This document shows positions 1-8,406 of a stretch of 52,221 nucleotides of DNA, one piece after another. Numbering within the stretch: position 1 is the first letter of the stretch; the number at the start of each line of letters is the position of its first letter. The stretch lies in the IMG/VR virus record IMGVR_UViG_3300024186_000001, positions 1 to 52,221 of that record; one strand, given 5' to 3'. Origin of the DNA: a virus (taxonomy: Duplodnaviria > Caudoviricetes). Under the pieces are notes generated by a model. It was not told the DNA's origin and did no database searches. It was given only the letters and a program-made list of their open reading frames with translations. The translations under genes and the position numbers were made by a program.

Positions 1-127
1 GCTCAAGCACGCCGTTCATCCATGCCCGGATGTACCGCCGCAAGAACCGCACGTTTGGCGAGGGCATGTACAAGGCGATGGGTGCGTGCGACGAACTCTG
101 GAACTGGTTTAATTATCTGGAGGCCAC
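1..127. repeat. 127-bp direct terminal repeat (copy 1), circular-assembly overlap
   Basis: 1-127 is identical to 52095-52221, and the repeat falls inside the portal reading frame. Confidence 0.97.
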
Positions 128-1034
128 GCTTGCAGAGCGCGCTGCAAACGGGACGTGGGGCATCGACCGCAACGCCATTGAGCAACGCTGGCTCAACCAG
201 TTCCAAGGCAACTGGACTGACCTTCTCGACAGCGGCGTGGTCCCGCTTGAATCGGGGAACACAATCTCTCAGGCCATGCAATACTTCGGCCCGGACCCTG
301 AATCGTTGCAGGCCATTCGCGCGGCCAAGGATTCTCTAATGTCCATCATGGACACGTTCACGGGAATCAACGCGACGGTAGAGGGCAATGCCCCTGTGAG
401 CGGCACGGCGACGGGAGACAGTCTGCGAGCGAGGGCGGCAAGCAACATCATCGCCCTGCACAGCGCGAGATTCGGAGAGTTGTTCGTAAAGCCGTATCTC
501 ATTCAGTGCGCCCGTCTCGTGCGTGACTACTCAGCTGACCAAGAGATTGTTCCGATCAGCAACCATGCGGACATCAACCGGCTTGCTGATTATGACGAGG
601 AAACGTCCGAGCAGCTTTACACAGCCAACGCAGAGAAAAGAGAGTTGGCAATGCCGTTCCTCAAGCTGTTTGAGTTGAGGTCGTTCAGCGGCGACTTCGC
701 TGTTGAGCTACAGTCCGTGTCGAATGATGGAGGCCGCGCGATGCGCTCTCAGGGACTCAGCGAAAGCATTGGTCTGGCTGGTCAGCTTTCTCAGCAAATG
801 CCGGGGCGCGCGAACTTCGAGAGGTTCCTCATTCAGTTCATGCGCCTCAAGGGCGTCGAGAACCCGGAGCAGTTTTTCTACACGCCACAGCAGCAGGAGG
901 CGAACATGATGCAGAACGCTTCTATGCAGCAGATGTCGGGGGGCGGCGGCGGTGAACAGGACACAAGCACTCAGGGCATGGGCACGCCAGCAGCGCCCCC
1001 GAAGAACTACAATCCGATGGCGGAGCAGATGTAA
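1..1034 (+). CDS. Portal protein, C-terminal part (gene starts at 50930 and crosses the join; about 732 aa in total)
   Basis: ATG 30 corresponds to 52124, in frame with ATG 50930. Directly follows the terminase large subunit. Podovirus-portal-like motifs (PFIHARMYRRKNRTFGEG, TATG, Q/M-rich tail). Confidence 0.88.
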   Translation, partial: SSTPFIHARMYRRKNRTFGEGMYKAMGACDELWNWFNYLEATLAERAANGTWGIDRNAIEQRWLNQFQGNWTDLLDSGVVPLESGNTISQAMQYFGPDPESLQAIRAAKDSLMSIMDTFTGINATVEGNAPVSGTATGDSLRARAASNIIALHSARFGELFVKPYLIQCARLVRDYSADQEIVPISNHADINRLADYDEETSEQLYTANAEKRELAMPFLKLFELRSFSGDFAVELQSVSNDGGRAMRSQGLSESIGLAGQLSQQMPGRANFERFLIQFMRLKGVENPEQFFYTPQQQEANMMQNASMQQMSGGGGGEQDTSTQGMGTPAAPPKNYNPMAEQM

Positions 1035-1483
1035 TGGAACTCGAACCGGGACAGATTCGCGCCTACGCTCTTTCGCTCCAACTCGAACACGTTGGCGAGA
1101 ATCCGATCTGGACAGAGGCGATGAAGTGGATTGCCGAACAGAAGGACAGGGCGGAGAAGTCCGCGATCAATGCGCTGCGTCCGCCGCAATCCTGTCCATC
1201 GGATGCTCAATACCATCGCGGCGTGTGCGACGCTTACACGAATCTGGAAGCAAAACTACTGTCGGCTATCGAAGCCGAGCTAGGAGCATCGTTCCGTGAA
1301 TCTCAGGCTAAGGCCGCTGCCGGGAAGCAAGATAACAACAATTCTGGTGAGCAAGAGAGTGGAGAAGGTAGGCGACAGCGGTTTGGTGACGGAGGCGCTG
1401 CCGAGGGCAAAGAGCCGGGAGTGCGATCATTGTCACGGAGATTCCACGAACTGTCGCAGATGCAGAGGAACGGGGCGGATTGA
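1034..1483 (+). CDS. Hypothetical head-module protein (149 aa)
   Basis: TAATG coupling to the portal stop; helical N-terminal 90 aa with YHRG motif; 3' part overlaps the next gene by 188 nt. Confidence 0.7.
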   Translation: MELEPGQIRAYALSLQLEHVGENPIWTEAMKWIAEQKDRAEKSAINALRPPQSCPSDAQYHRGVCDAYTNLEAKLLSAIEAELGASFRESQAKAAAGKQDNNNSGEQESGEGRRQRFGDGGAAEGKEPGVRSLSRRFHELSQMQRNGAD

Positions 1484-2102
1484 AGTAGATTCGTCGCGTG
1501 ACGAAGTATTCAACGGCATGGTGTTGTGCCCCGATGGATTCGGCGGCGACATGAATCGCGGCGACTTCGTGTGCTTCAACGGTTCTGGCGATTTCACTGG
1601 CGACACGATGCTATGGAACTACCGGCTGGATATTTCACTCGGCGTTGTTGGCGAGCCGCTTCGCGTGTGGAACGGTCGCCACTTCGTTTCAACAGATATC
1701 GGCGATTGCGTGCTGTTCGCACATCGCGCTTGCGTGCTTGCTAGGCTCGACGATGAAGGGCCGTCGTATGACGAGCGCGAGCCTGCGTCCGTCCGCTCGA
1801 ATCCGCCTAGCGATCTGCCAGAGTCGCCGTGGCAGGTGTTAGACAATCGCGTTGTGGTTCTCATGCGACCGCGCGACACCGAAGGCAAGGCGGGCTCAAT
1901 CGTGGTTCCAGACGTGTATCGCAACACGTCGGATTGTGGTCATGTTCTTGCTGTTGGTCCGAAGGTAAAGGGGCTCACTCGCGGTGATTTTGTGTTGACG
2001 TGTTCGTGTCCAGAGAATGAGTTGCTGCGCGACGGTCAACGCTTCTGCATCGTGAAGCCTTGGGAAATACACTGCATCGGAGATATTTATGAATCCAAGT
2101 AA
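1296..2102 (+). CDS. GroES/Cpn10-like co-chaperonin, probably two tandem GroES domains with an inserted DnaJ-type Zn finger
   Basis: C-terminal VLDNRVVV...KAGSIVVPD...GHVLAVGPKVKGLTRGDFVL matches GroES. N-terminal MNLRLRPL...GMVLCPDGFGGDMNRGDFVCF resembles a second copy, interrupted by CDHC..CRRCRGTG. AGGAG lies upstream of the GTG. Confidence 0.78.
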   Translation: MNLRLRPLPGSKITTILVSKRVEKVGDSGLVTEALPRAKSRECDHCHGDSTNCRRCRGTGRIEVDSSRDEVFNGMVLCPDGFGGDMNRGDFVCFNGSGDFTGDTMLWNYRLDISLGVVGEPLRVWNGRHFVSTDIGDCVLFAHRACVLARLDDEGPSYDEREPASVRSNPPSDLPESPWQVLDNRVVVLMRPRDTEGKAGSIVVPDVYRNTSDCGHVLAVGPKVKGLTRGDFVLTCSCPENELLRDGQRFCIVKPWEIHCIGDIYESK

Positions 2103-3033
2103 TGCGCCGGAACAAGAGGTCCAGCCAGAGCAGCCGGACCCGAATGCGCTGGAGCAGGAAGCGCCAGCCGAAGAAGAAGTTGCCGCCGAAGGTGGCGCTG
2201 ATGATGCGCCCGGTGAACCAGAACAAGAGCCAGCAGCCGAGCAGGTTGTTCCTCCCGAGCAGCGCATGGCGCGCATTGAGGAAATGGTGGCCGAGATTCA
2301 CAAGCGGCCCATGCCCGCGCCCCCACCGCAGCCTTCGCAACCGCAGCAGAACGACGACACCTACGGCGACCCAGACCTTCGCAATATCAAGGCGAAGTTC
2401 ATGCAATCGCAGCAGGCAAGCGCGAAGCTGGCGGAGCAGATGGACTCTGATGATTTCGAGGCCCTGCCACCATCCAAGCGACGTGCGGTTGAGGCCCAAT
2501 ACAACTTCCATGTTTCGCGCGCGCAGCAAATGTACGCGGACTTTTGGGACAAGCAGCCAGTAGTTGCCGAGCGCGTTGTTCGTTCTGCGAACAGCAACGC
2601 CGCGTATCAGGAGACTGCTGGTTTCGCTCAGTTCCTCATTCACCACAACCCGGCGCTCAAGGGACGCGAGGCCGAGATTTACAAGTTCACTGTCGATAAC
2701 GGCGGGCCTTCAAACATCACGCCCTACTTCGCCGATGCGGCGTCGCTGGCCGCTGGCGTATTGAAGGCACTCGGCGGCGCGAAGAAAACAACTGCCGCTG
2801 TCGTGAAAAAGACTCAGACGAAGCAGCCGCCAGCGCCGATTGCAGGTGGCGGACTCGGCTCTCAATCGCGCGGAATCGAGAGGCCGACAGCGCAGCCGAA
2901 CGGAAGCAAGCTGACCGCGCAGGAATCGAAAGTTCTTGAGGGCGCTTTCATCGACCCGAACGACAAGCGTTACACCGTATCCCAACTGCGCGCCATCGCC
3001 GCAGAATTGAAGGAGCCAGCCCGTGCCAAGTGA
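2089..3033 (+). CDS. Putative capsid scaffolding protein
   Basis: Acidic E/Q/P-rich N-terminus, helical middle and basic C-terminus; lies between portal and capsid genes. Confidence 0.7.
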   Translation: MNPSNAPEQEVQPEQPDPNALEQEAPAEEEVAAEGGADDAPGEPEQEPAAEQVVPPEQRMARIEEMVAEIHKRPMPAPPPQPSQPQQNDDTYGDPDLRNIKAKFMQSQQASAKLAEQMDSDDFEALPPSKRRAVEAQYNFHVSRAQQMYADFWDKQPVVAERVVRSANSNAAYQETAGFAQFLIHHNPALKGREAEIYKFTVDNGGPSNITPYFADAASLAAGVLKALGGAKKTTAAVVKKTQTKQPPAPIAGGGLGSQSRGIERPTAQPNGSKLTAQESKVLEGAFIDPNDKRYTVSQLRAIAAELKEPARAK

Positions 3034-3616
3034 TACTCTCGAAACGGCAGCAATGCCATCGACGCTCCCTGCTCCAGCCAAGGGCAAGAAGTCGCTGGAG
3101 GCTGCGCCTGTTGAGGCCGCAGATGATTTCGCGGACCTCGTTACAGACGACAAGAGCGTTGACGCGCTTTATCAGCATCGCATGGAGGAACTCGCGATTT
3201 CAGGTCGCAAGATGCAGGGCGGCGGAATCGGCGCGGAGTTGTCGCTTCCCACCGGACTCGACAATGCGAAAAAGGTTTTCATGTGGGCGCCGCCAAACGC
3301 TCGCGGCCTTTTCCCTGTTACTCCCAAGACGGACCCGGACGTGCCGAAGCAGTATTTCACGCCGGGAAATCCGCCATCTATTCGCGTCATGCTGCAACAG
3401 GGCGGCGGCGAAATGCAGTTGTGGTGGGTGTATCGCGAGGACCGCAACGCCGCCATCGCGCACAACAACGCACACTTCGACAAGCTGGCGGGCGGACTAT
3501 ACGCGGGCTATGACAAGGATGCGGAACGCCAAGCATTCGGCATTCGCTACGATCGCATGAAGAACGCGCAGGACAAGTCCTCGATTTCGGTTCCGGTTTC
3601 TGCGCCACTCGAATAG
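3023..3616 (+). CDS. Hypothetical head-module protein (197 aa)
   Basis: AAGGAG RBS, GTG start overlapping the scaffold end. Confidence 0.75.
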   Translation: MPSDTLETAAMPSTLPAPAKGKKSLEAAPVEAADDFADLVTDDKSVDALYQHRMEELAISGRKMQGGGIGAELSLPTGLDNAKKVFMWAPPNARGLFPVTPKTDPDVPKQYFTPGNPPSIRVMLQQGGGEMQLWWVYREDRNAAIAHNNAHFDKLAGGLYAGYDKDAERQAFGIRYDRMKNAQDKSSISVPVSAPLE

Positions 3617-3662
3617 TTGAAAGTTTTTCTTGACGTGTGCGGTAATCCGCACACCTTAGCAT
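3612..3662 (+). promoter_or_regulatory. Putative promoter upstream of the capsid operon, with a palindrome
   Basis: TTGACG at 3630-3635, then GTGTGCGG-TAAT-CCGCACAC at 3635-3654; upstream AATAGTTGAAAGTT is shared with 43672. Confidence 0.5.
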
Positions 3663-3683
3663 CCCTCCAAGGAGAAAGAACCG

Positions 3684-4295
3684 ATGGCCCTCACAACTCC
3701 AGCACTCGGACAGGCAAGCGCAAGGCCGCTCAACCCGGTCCCCTTCGTAGAGTCGCCGCTTTACTTTGCGGCCAAGTCCACACGCCAGCCGGTTCCGTCC
3801 TCTGGTCGTGACGGTAACGTTATGCGCGGCGTGTTCCTCCAGAGCATTACGGGCGGTTACGACCGCGCAAGCACTGGCGACACGATTACTGGTTACTCAG
3901 CCGACACGTTCGGCTCGGACGGTCTTTCCGACCATCAGCAATACATTCCAGACGACGCCGCCGGTTACGTTGACGTGTTCCTGATTTCGACCGGCGTAGG
4001 CGGCCAGCAGTTCGAGATCACCGAGGACGCGACAGATCAGGCCGGGTCTCTGGCGCAGTATGCCATCGACCAGAGCGTTGACATTTCCGCCGTGTTCGTG
4101 GACATCGCCAACGGCACAGACCGTGGGACCGACGAATCCAACAAGTTCGTCGTCGCGGTTCCACAGGCCCTCCAGTTCGCGGACAGTTCAAGCGCAAGCA
4201 CAAGCACGGGCCAGCTTCGCCTCGTCGGTTTGAAGCAGGACCCCGGCAACAACACCGCGCCCTACATCTACATCGCAGTGGTTGTGAACGCATAA
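3684..4295 (+). CDS. Putative capsid decoration/cement protein
   Basis: AAGGAG RBS; beta-rich, S/T/G-rich; immediately before the major capsid gene; C-terminal LRLVGLKQDPGN..VVVN. Confidence 0.6.
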   Translation: MALTTPALGQASARPLNPVPFVESPLYFAAKSTRQPVPSSGRDGNVMRGVFLQSITGGYDRASTGDTITGYSADTFGSDGLSDHQQYIPDDAAGYVDVFLISTGVGGQQFEITEDATDQAGSLAQYAIDQSVDISAVFVDIANGTDRGTDESNKFVVAVPQALQFADSSSASTSTGQLRLVGLKQDPGNNTAPYIYIAVVVNA

Positions 4296-4322
4296 CTCGG
4301 CCAACCCAAGGAGCCACGCACA

Positions 4323-5303
4323 ATGTCGTCTTTCGATTCTGCCCTGATTGACCTCGCTACCTACCCGGCTGCGAAGCTGCTGCGTCCGCTCAAGTCTCTG
4401 GCCGAGAACACGGTCAACGACAAGAGTTACGACATGTTCGCCACGCGCCGCAAGGTCGCGGGCAAGTTCGCAACCGACATTGAAATGGCGGTTCCGGGGA
4501 TGCTGTCGCGCATGGAGCGTGGCTCGCTTCACCCGACTGTCACGACCGGCGTGGAATACACCAAGCAGTTTCAGGCGATGCCTGTCGGCGGCAAGGTGGA
4601 GCTTTACGAGCAGGATGTTCGCTACGCCGCTCAGGGACTTCCGGGCTTGATTGAAAGCACCCGCAACGCGCTCCCCACGTCGCTCAAGTTCTGGCTGGAA
4701 GTCGCGTTCATCGCCCCCGTCATCTACGGCTTACAGGGGATTACGAACCCGGCAGGCAGCGCGCCGTTCCTCGATACGCTTACGGGCGACGGCAAGAAGT
4801 GGTTTGCCGACAATCACACGTTCAAGTCAACGAACACGCTGACTGTCAGCAACATCCCGACAACGGACCTTCTGGCGAACTCGGCGGCGATCAACACGCT
4901 CCGCACGATTGCGCGCTCGATGCAGAACAACAGCGGGTTCTACCTGAATCTCGACCTCACGGAAATCATGTGCAGCAAGGACATGACGACGGCGCTCAAG
5001 CAGGTCATGCATTCGGAGTTCACGCCCGAGAACAACACGAACGCGCGCAACATCGCTCTCGAAGCGGCCCCGAACATCAAGATTCACGAGAACTCGCTTC
5101 TCCCGGCACAGTCGTTCTACACGCAGACCAACGCGCCGTCCGAGACGAAGTTGCAGTACGTCATCGGTCTGGAGCCGCAGGTTGACGACGAGTTCATCAA
5201 GGACCCGCGCAAGCGCGTTTACTACCTCTACACGGAACTGAACTTCCAGCCAGCAGATCAGGGCTGGATGAGCATGATTCCGAATCGGGCGAAGATTTCC
5301 TAA
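4323..5303 (+). CDS. Major capsid protein (HK97 fold, Mu gpT-like family)
   Basis: 326 aa, strong RBS and codon bias; GDGKKWFADNH motif typical of gpT-like capsid proteins; synteny. Confidence 0.85.
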   Translation: MSSFDSALIDLATYPAAKLLRPLKSLAENTVNDKSYDMFATRRKVAGKFATDIEMAVPGMLSRMERGSLHPTVTTGVEYTKQFQAMPVGGKVELYEQDVRYAAQGLPGLIESTRNALPTSLKFWLEVAFIAPVIYGLQGITNPAGSAPFLDTLTGDGKKWFADNHTFKSTNTLTVSNIPTTDLLANSAAINTLRTIARSMQNNSGFYLNLDLTEIMCSKDMTTALKQVMHSEFTPENNTNARNIALEAAPNIKIHENSLLPAQSFYTQTNAPSETKLQYVIGLEPQVDDEFIKDPRKRVYYLYTELNFQPADQGWMSMIPNRAKIS

Positions 5304-5318
5304 CCGGAGGACAGTGAT

Positions 5319-6119
5319 GTGGCGGTCGTGCTTGCGAACTATGCGTTCACGAACAACCTCTGGAGCTTCCTAAACAAAGCTTCTGGTCGTATTGGTGACG
5401 CCAAGGAATCGCTGGCATTCTCGCTGTCCACTGGTCCTGACGTGGATGGCGACCAGCAGCTTGTGGACATCGTCAATGAACTGCACAATGCGGTTCTTGA
5501 CGAAGTCCCGGCTCTGTCGCTCAAGGAAACCGACGTTCAAGTAGCGGCGGGGCAGACGAACTACCCGATTCCAGAGGACTTGTTTCGCAGCGCGATCATC
5601 AGCATCTTCGTGTCTGGAACCAACGACGTGATGGCTGGTGCGGATCTTCGGTATCTGACGCCGCAGGCTTGGAGGACGATGGGGCCGGGAATGCTCAACG
5701 GGTACGCATCATTCACCTACCCACCGGCCTATACCGTTTCCGACGATCAGACAGAGTTCATCATGCTTCTTCCGTATCAGGCGTTTCAGGTGACGGTGCG
5801 CTATCGGTATAAGCCGCACCTGTTCACCGTGGCTGAAATGGACGACCCGGACAGCGAGGAGTTCTTTTCGATACCCGACGAGTTCATTGACGTTCTGGTC
5901 CTGAGAATGGCGCAGAGGATGGCGCAGACGAAGAAGGATTGGGACAGCGCGGACAGACTCGAAGCGGAGTACGAAAAGAAGCTGCGCGTCATGCAACAGA
6001 GGCTTGCGTTCGTGGACGCCTCTAACAACAGTGCCGTGCTGACTTACGGCGGTGGACCGAACGTAGCGAATTACCCGTCAAGGTTTGGCAACAGAGGCAG
6101 CGCATTTCGCAGGTGGTGA
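5319..6119 (+). CDS. Head-tail adaptor (tail tubular A / P22 gp4-like)
   Basis: GGAGG RBS; AAGQTNYPIPED, YPPAYT and IPDEFIDVLV patterns of podovirus adaptors; follows the capsid gene. Confidence 0.72.
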   Translation: MAVVLANYAFTNNLWSFLNKASGRIGDAKESLAFSLSTGPDVDGDQQLVDIVNELHNAVLDEVPALSLKETDVQVAAGQTNYPIPEDLFRSAIISIFVSGTNDVMAGADLRYLTPQAWRTMGPGMLNGYASFTYPPAYTVSDDQTEFIMLLPYQAFQVTVRYRYKPHLFTVAEMDDPDSEEFFSIPDEFIDVLVLRMAQRMAQTKKDWDSADRLEAEYEKKLRVMQQRLAFVDASNNSAVLTYGGGPNVANYPSRFGNRGSAFRRW

Positions 6120-6141
6120 CACTCACACAGGAGAGCAGGAT

Positions 6142-6996
6142 ATGAAGCGCATTCTTACTTCACTAGCAGTCGTGTTGTTCATGCTGGCCGTCTCGGCAGG
6201 AATGGCGCAGCCGTATCCCGACAACCGCACTGTTTCTGGAAGCACGACCCCGCAGGCTCGTCAAGGGCGTGTCACCGACAAGAGTACCCTCAGTAGCTCG
6301 ACGACTGGCTTTCAGTACGGGGCTCCGGGCCAGCAGATGTTTCTTTATTCCATCTATAAGCCAGGCACTGCCGACAACGACTACTACAAGGCAGCAACGG
6401 CCACCGGCACAAGCACGGCGACCGTAACATACACGCCTACCATTACAAAGTGCCCTGTCGATGGGCAGGGGACAGTTGTTGCTCGCAACTTGACGGCGAC
6501 TCTGAATGCCACAACCACAGAGACACTGACACTGACGTTTGCTGGGCAGGATATTCAGGGTCGAGATATCAGCGAGCCTGTTGCGTGGACTAGCGGACAG
6601 TCTGGAATCAAGGCGACGGCTCAGGCGTTCGCGTCTATCAAATCAGCGACGTTGACCAAGACCGGAACCATCGCGAGCGGCAAAACAATCTCCATTGGAT
6701 TCGGGAACGTGTTTGGTTTGCCGTACCCGTTCTACTCAGACCTGTATTCCAAGGCGCTGTACGACGACGATGGCGCGGATTACCCGAACACAACCATGTC
6801 GTCAGACGTGACATTCGTTGCTGGCGACCCGACCGCATCAAATGTTGACCAACTGGGCACTGTGCAGCTTGGCGCTGACAACGCAACGGGCAACAAGACC
6901 CCAAATGGAACTCGCGCCTATGCCGTTCTTTACTGCGTAACAGACACGCTCGGACAGGTTGGAAGCAGCGGCAACGACTTCATCTACGAACCATAA
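6142..6996 (+). CDS. Virion-type beta-rich protein with an N-terminal Sec signal peptide
   Basis: AGGAG/AGGA before ATG 6142; MKRILTSLAVVLFMLAVSAGMA-QP signal; T/S/G-rich mature part. Confidence 0.7.
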   Translation: MKRILTSLAVVLFMLAVSAGMAQPYPDNRTVSGSTTPQARQGRVTDKSTLSSSTTGFQYGAPGQQMFLYSIYKPGTADNDYYKAATATGTSTATVTYTPTITKCPVDGQGTVVARNLTATLNATTTETLTLTFAGQDIQGRDISEPVAWTSGQSGIKATAQAFASIKSATLTKTGTIASGKTISIGFGNVFGLPYPFYSDLYSKALYDDDGADYPNTTMSSDVTFVAGDPTASNVDQLGTVQLGADNATGNKTPNGTRAYAVLYCVTDTLGQVGSSGNDFIYEP

Positions 6997-7005
6997 GGAT
7001 CAGCC

Positions 7006-7569
7006 ATGTCTCTCGTTCCACTTGAAGCCGGTTCACTGCTGTTCACGTCGGATACCAAGGTTACATCTGTCCCGACGAAAACCGAGACGTTGACGAACCC
7101 GCTACTGACGAGTGGGTTGACGACGACCGGCTGCATCGTATTCACCAACGAGCAGCAAAAGTTCGTGAGCATTCGGCCAACGGCGACTGTCGCGGCGAAG
7201 GTCGCGGTGTTCTACATTTACAAGTGGATTCACCGCACGCTGCCCGCCACATCAACTCTCGCGGTTAGGACTGTTTGGATTCCGGTGTTGCTAGGTGCGG
7301 TAACTTGCACGAGTGGAACGACGGCGGGCGTTTCTGGTGGCCTGATTGGAACAGGGCGTCTGTGGGCGGGGTCGATTGTGCTTGTGGCTGGCAGCGACAC
7401 CAACTCGATTCAGATCGCGTCGAACACGTCGAACAATCCGGGCGAGTTCATGGTCAACACGTTCTACAGCGACGGGATTCAGATAGTCGCCTACAACGCC
7501 GCGAACGACTCAAACTGGAATGCGGTTTACCAGTTGTTCGATACGCCGCCCATCCCCGAGGGGCAATAG
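7006..7569 (+). CDS. Putative virion structural protein (187 aa)
   Basis: AAGGA RBS; T/S/G-rich beta protein in the tail module. Confidence 0.7.
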   Translation: MSLVPLEAGSLLFTSDTKVTSVPTKTETLTNPLLTSGLTTTGCIVFTNEQQKFVSIRPTATVAAKVAVFYIYKWIHRTLPATSTLAVRTVWIPVLLGAVTCTSGTTAGVSGGLIGTGRLWAGSIVLVAGSDTNSIQIASNTSNNPGEFMVNTFYSDGIQIVAYNAANDSNWNAVYQLFDTPPIPEGQ

Positions 7570-7573
7570 ACCA

Positions 7574-8392
7574 ATGGGCATTGGCATCTGGCCGGGTAAT
7601 CAGACAGGCCCACAGGGCGAGAAGGGCGACACTGGCGCGACCGGAGCAACGGGCGCGACCGGCCCCGGCTATCTAGCGACTTCCGCGACATCGTTTGCCA
7701 TCGGCACGGGCTCCAAGGCGTTCACGACGCAGGCGGGGCTCGCGTATGTCGCTGGTGACTACGCTCGCGCAATTAGTAGGGCCGACCCTACGAACTACAT
7801 GGAAGGCTCGCTGACATCGTATTCCGGTACGACGTGGACGCTGAATTCGACAATTACGGGCGGAAGCGGGACGCACACCGATTGGGATTTGACGCTGTTT
7901 GGGAAGCCGGGTGCTACTGGCGCAACGGGTCCGAGCGGAGCCGTCAACGGCTGGATTGATGTGTCGGCGGACGCTCTAGGCGTTATCCAGCTTGCCGATG
8001 CTACGGTTTGGAGCATCGGTGACGGCAATATCATTACCGACGCCAACGGTCTCGCCATTACGATTCCACTATACGCTCAGGCGGGGTCCATTCTCGACAA
8101 GGTTCGCGTGAACTGGTTTGGTGTCTTTGATACTGGTGTCACAACGAGCGACATTTCCATCGACGTGCTTTCTCGCGTCATCGCTGCGGGAACTGATACA
8201 TGGACCGTAGTTGAGAACTTCACGCAGGCGGGAACCAATGTTGACGTGTTGACTGAAAAGACGCTGGCGTCTCCGCTGACGCTCGCTGCTGGTTCTGTCT
8301 ACGCGCTGCGCGTTACGACAGCGAATGTTACTGGTGGCGGCGAGGTTACGATTTACACGCTCGGCCAGCACTACACGACGCGATTCTCGTAA
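7574..8392 (+). CDS. Tail fibre-like protein with collagen-like GXY repeats
   Basis: GPQGEKGDTGATGATGATGPG and GATGATGPSG; ATS..IGTGSK.FT fibre domain; start placed at ATG 7574. Confidence 0.75.
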   Translation: MGIGIWPGNQTGPQGEKGDTGATGATGATGPGYLATSATSFAIGTGSKAFTTQAGLAYVAGDYARAISRADPTNYMEGSLTSYSGTTWTLNSTITGGSGTHTDWDLTLFGKPGATGATGPSGAVNGWIDVSADALGVIQLADATVWSIGDGNIITDANGLAITIPLYAQAGSILDKVRVNWFGVFDTGVTTSDISIDVLSRVIAAGTDTWTVVENFTQAGTNVDVLTEKTLASPLTLAAGSVYALRVTTANVTGGGEVTIYTLGQHYTTRFS

Positions 8393-8406
8393 CGAGGTAA
8401 TGACGT

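Noticed and set aside
1-127. Biological direct terminal repeat
   Set aside because: It is exactly 127 bp (a common assembler k-mer) and lies mid-portal, so it is most likely a circular-assembly overlap
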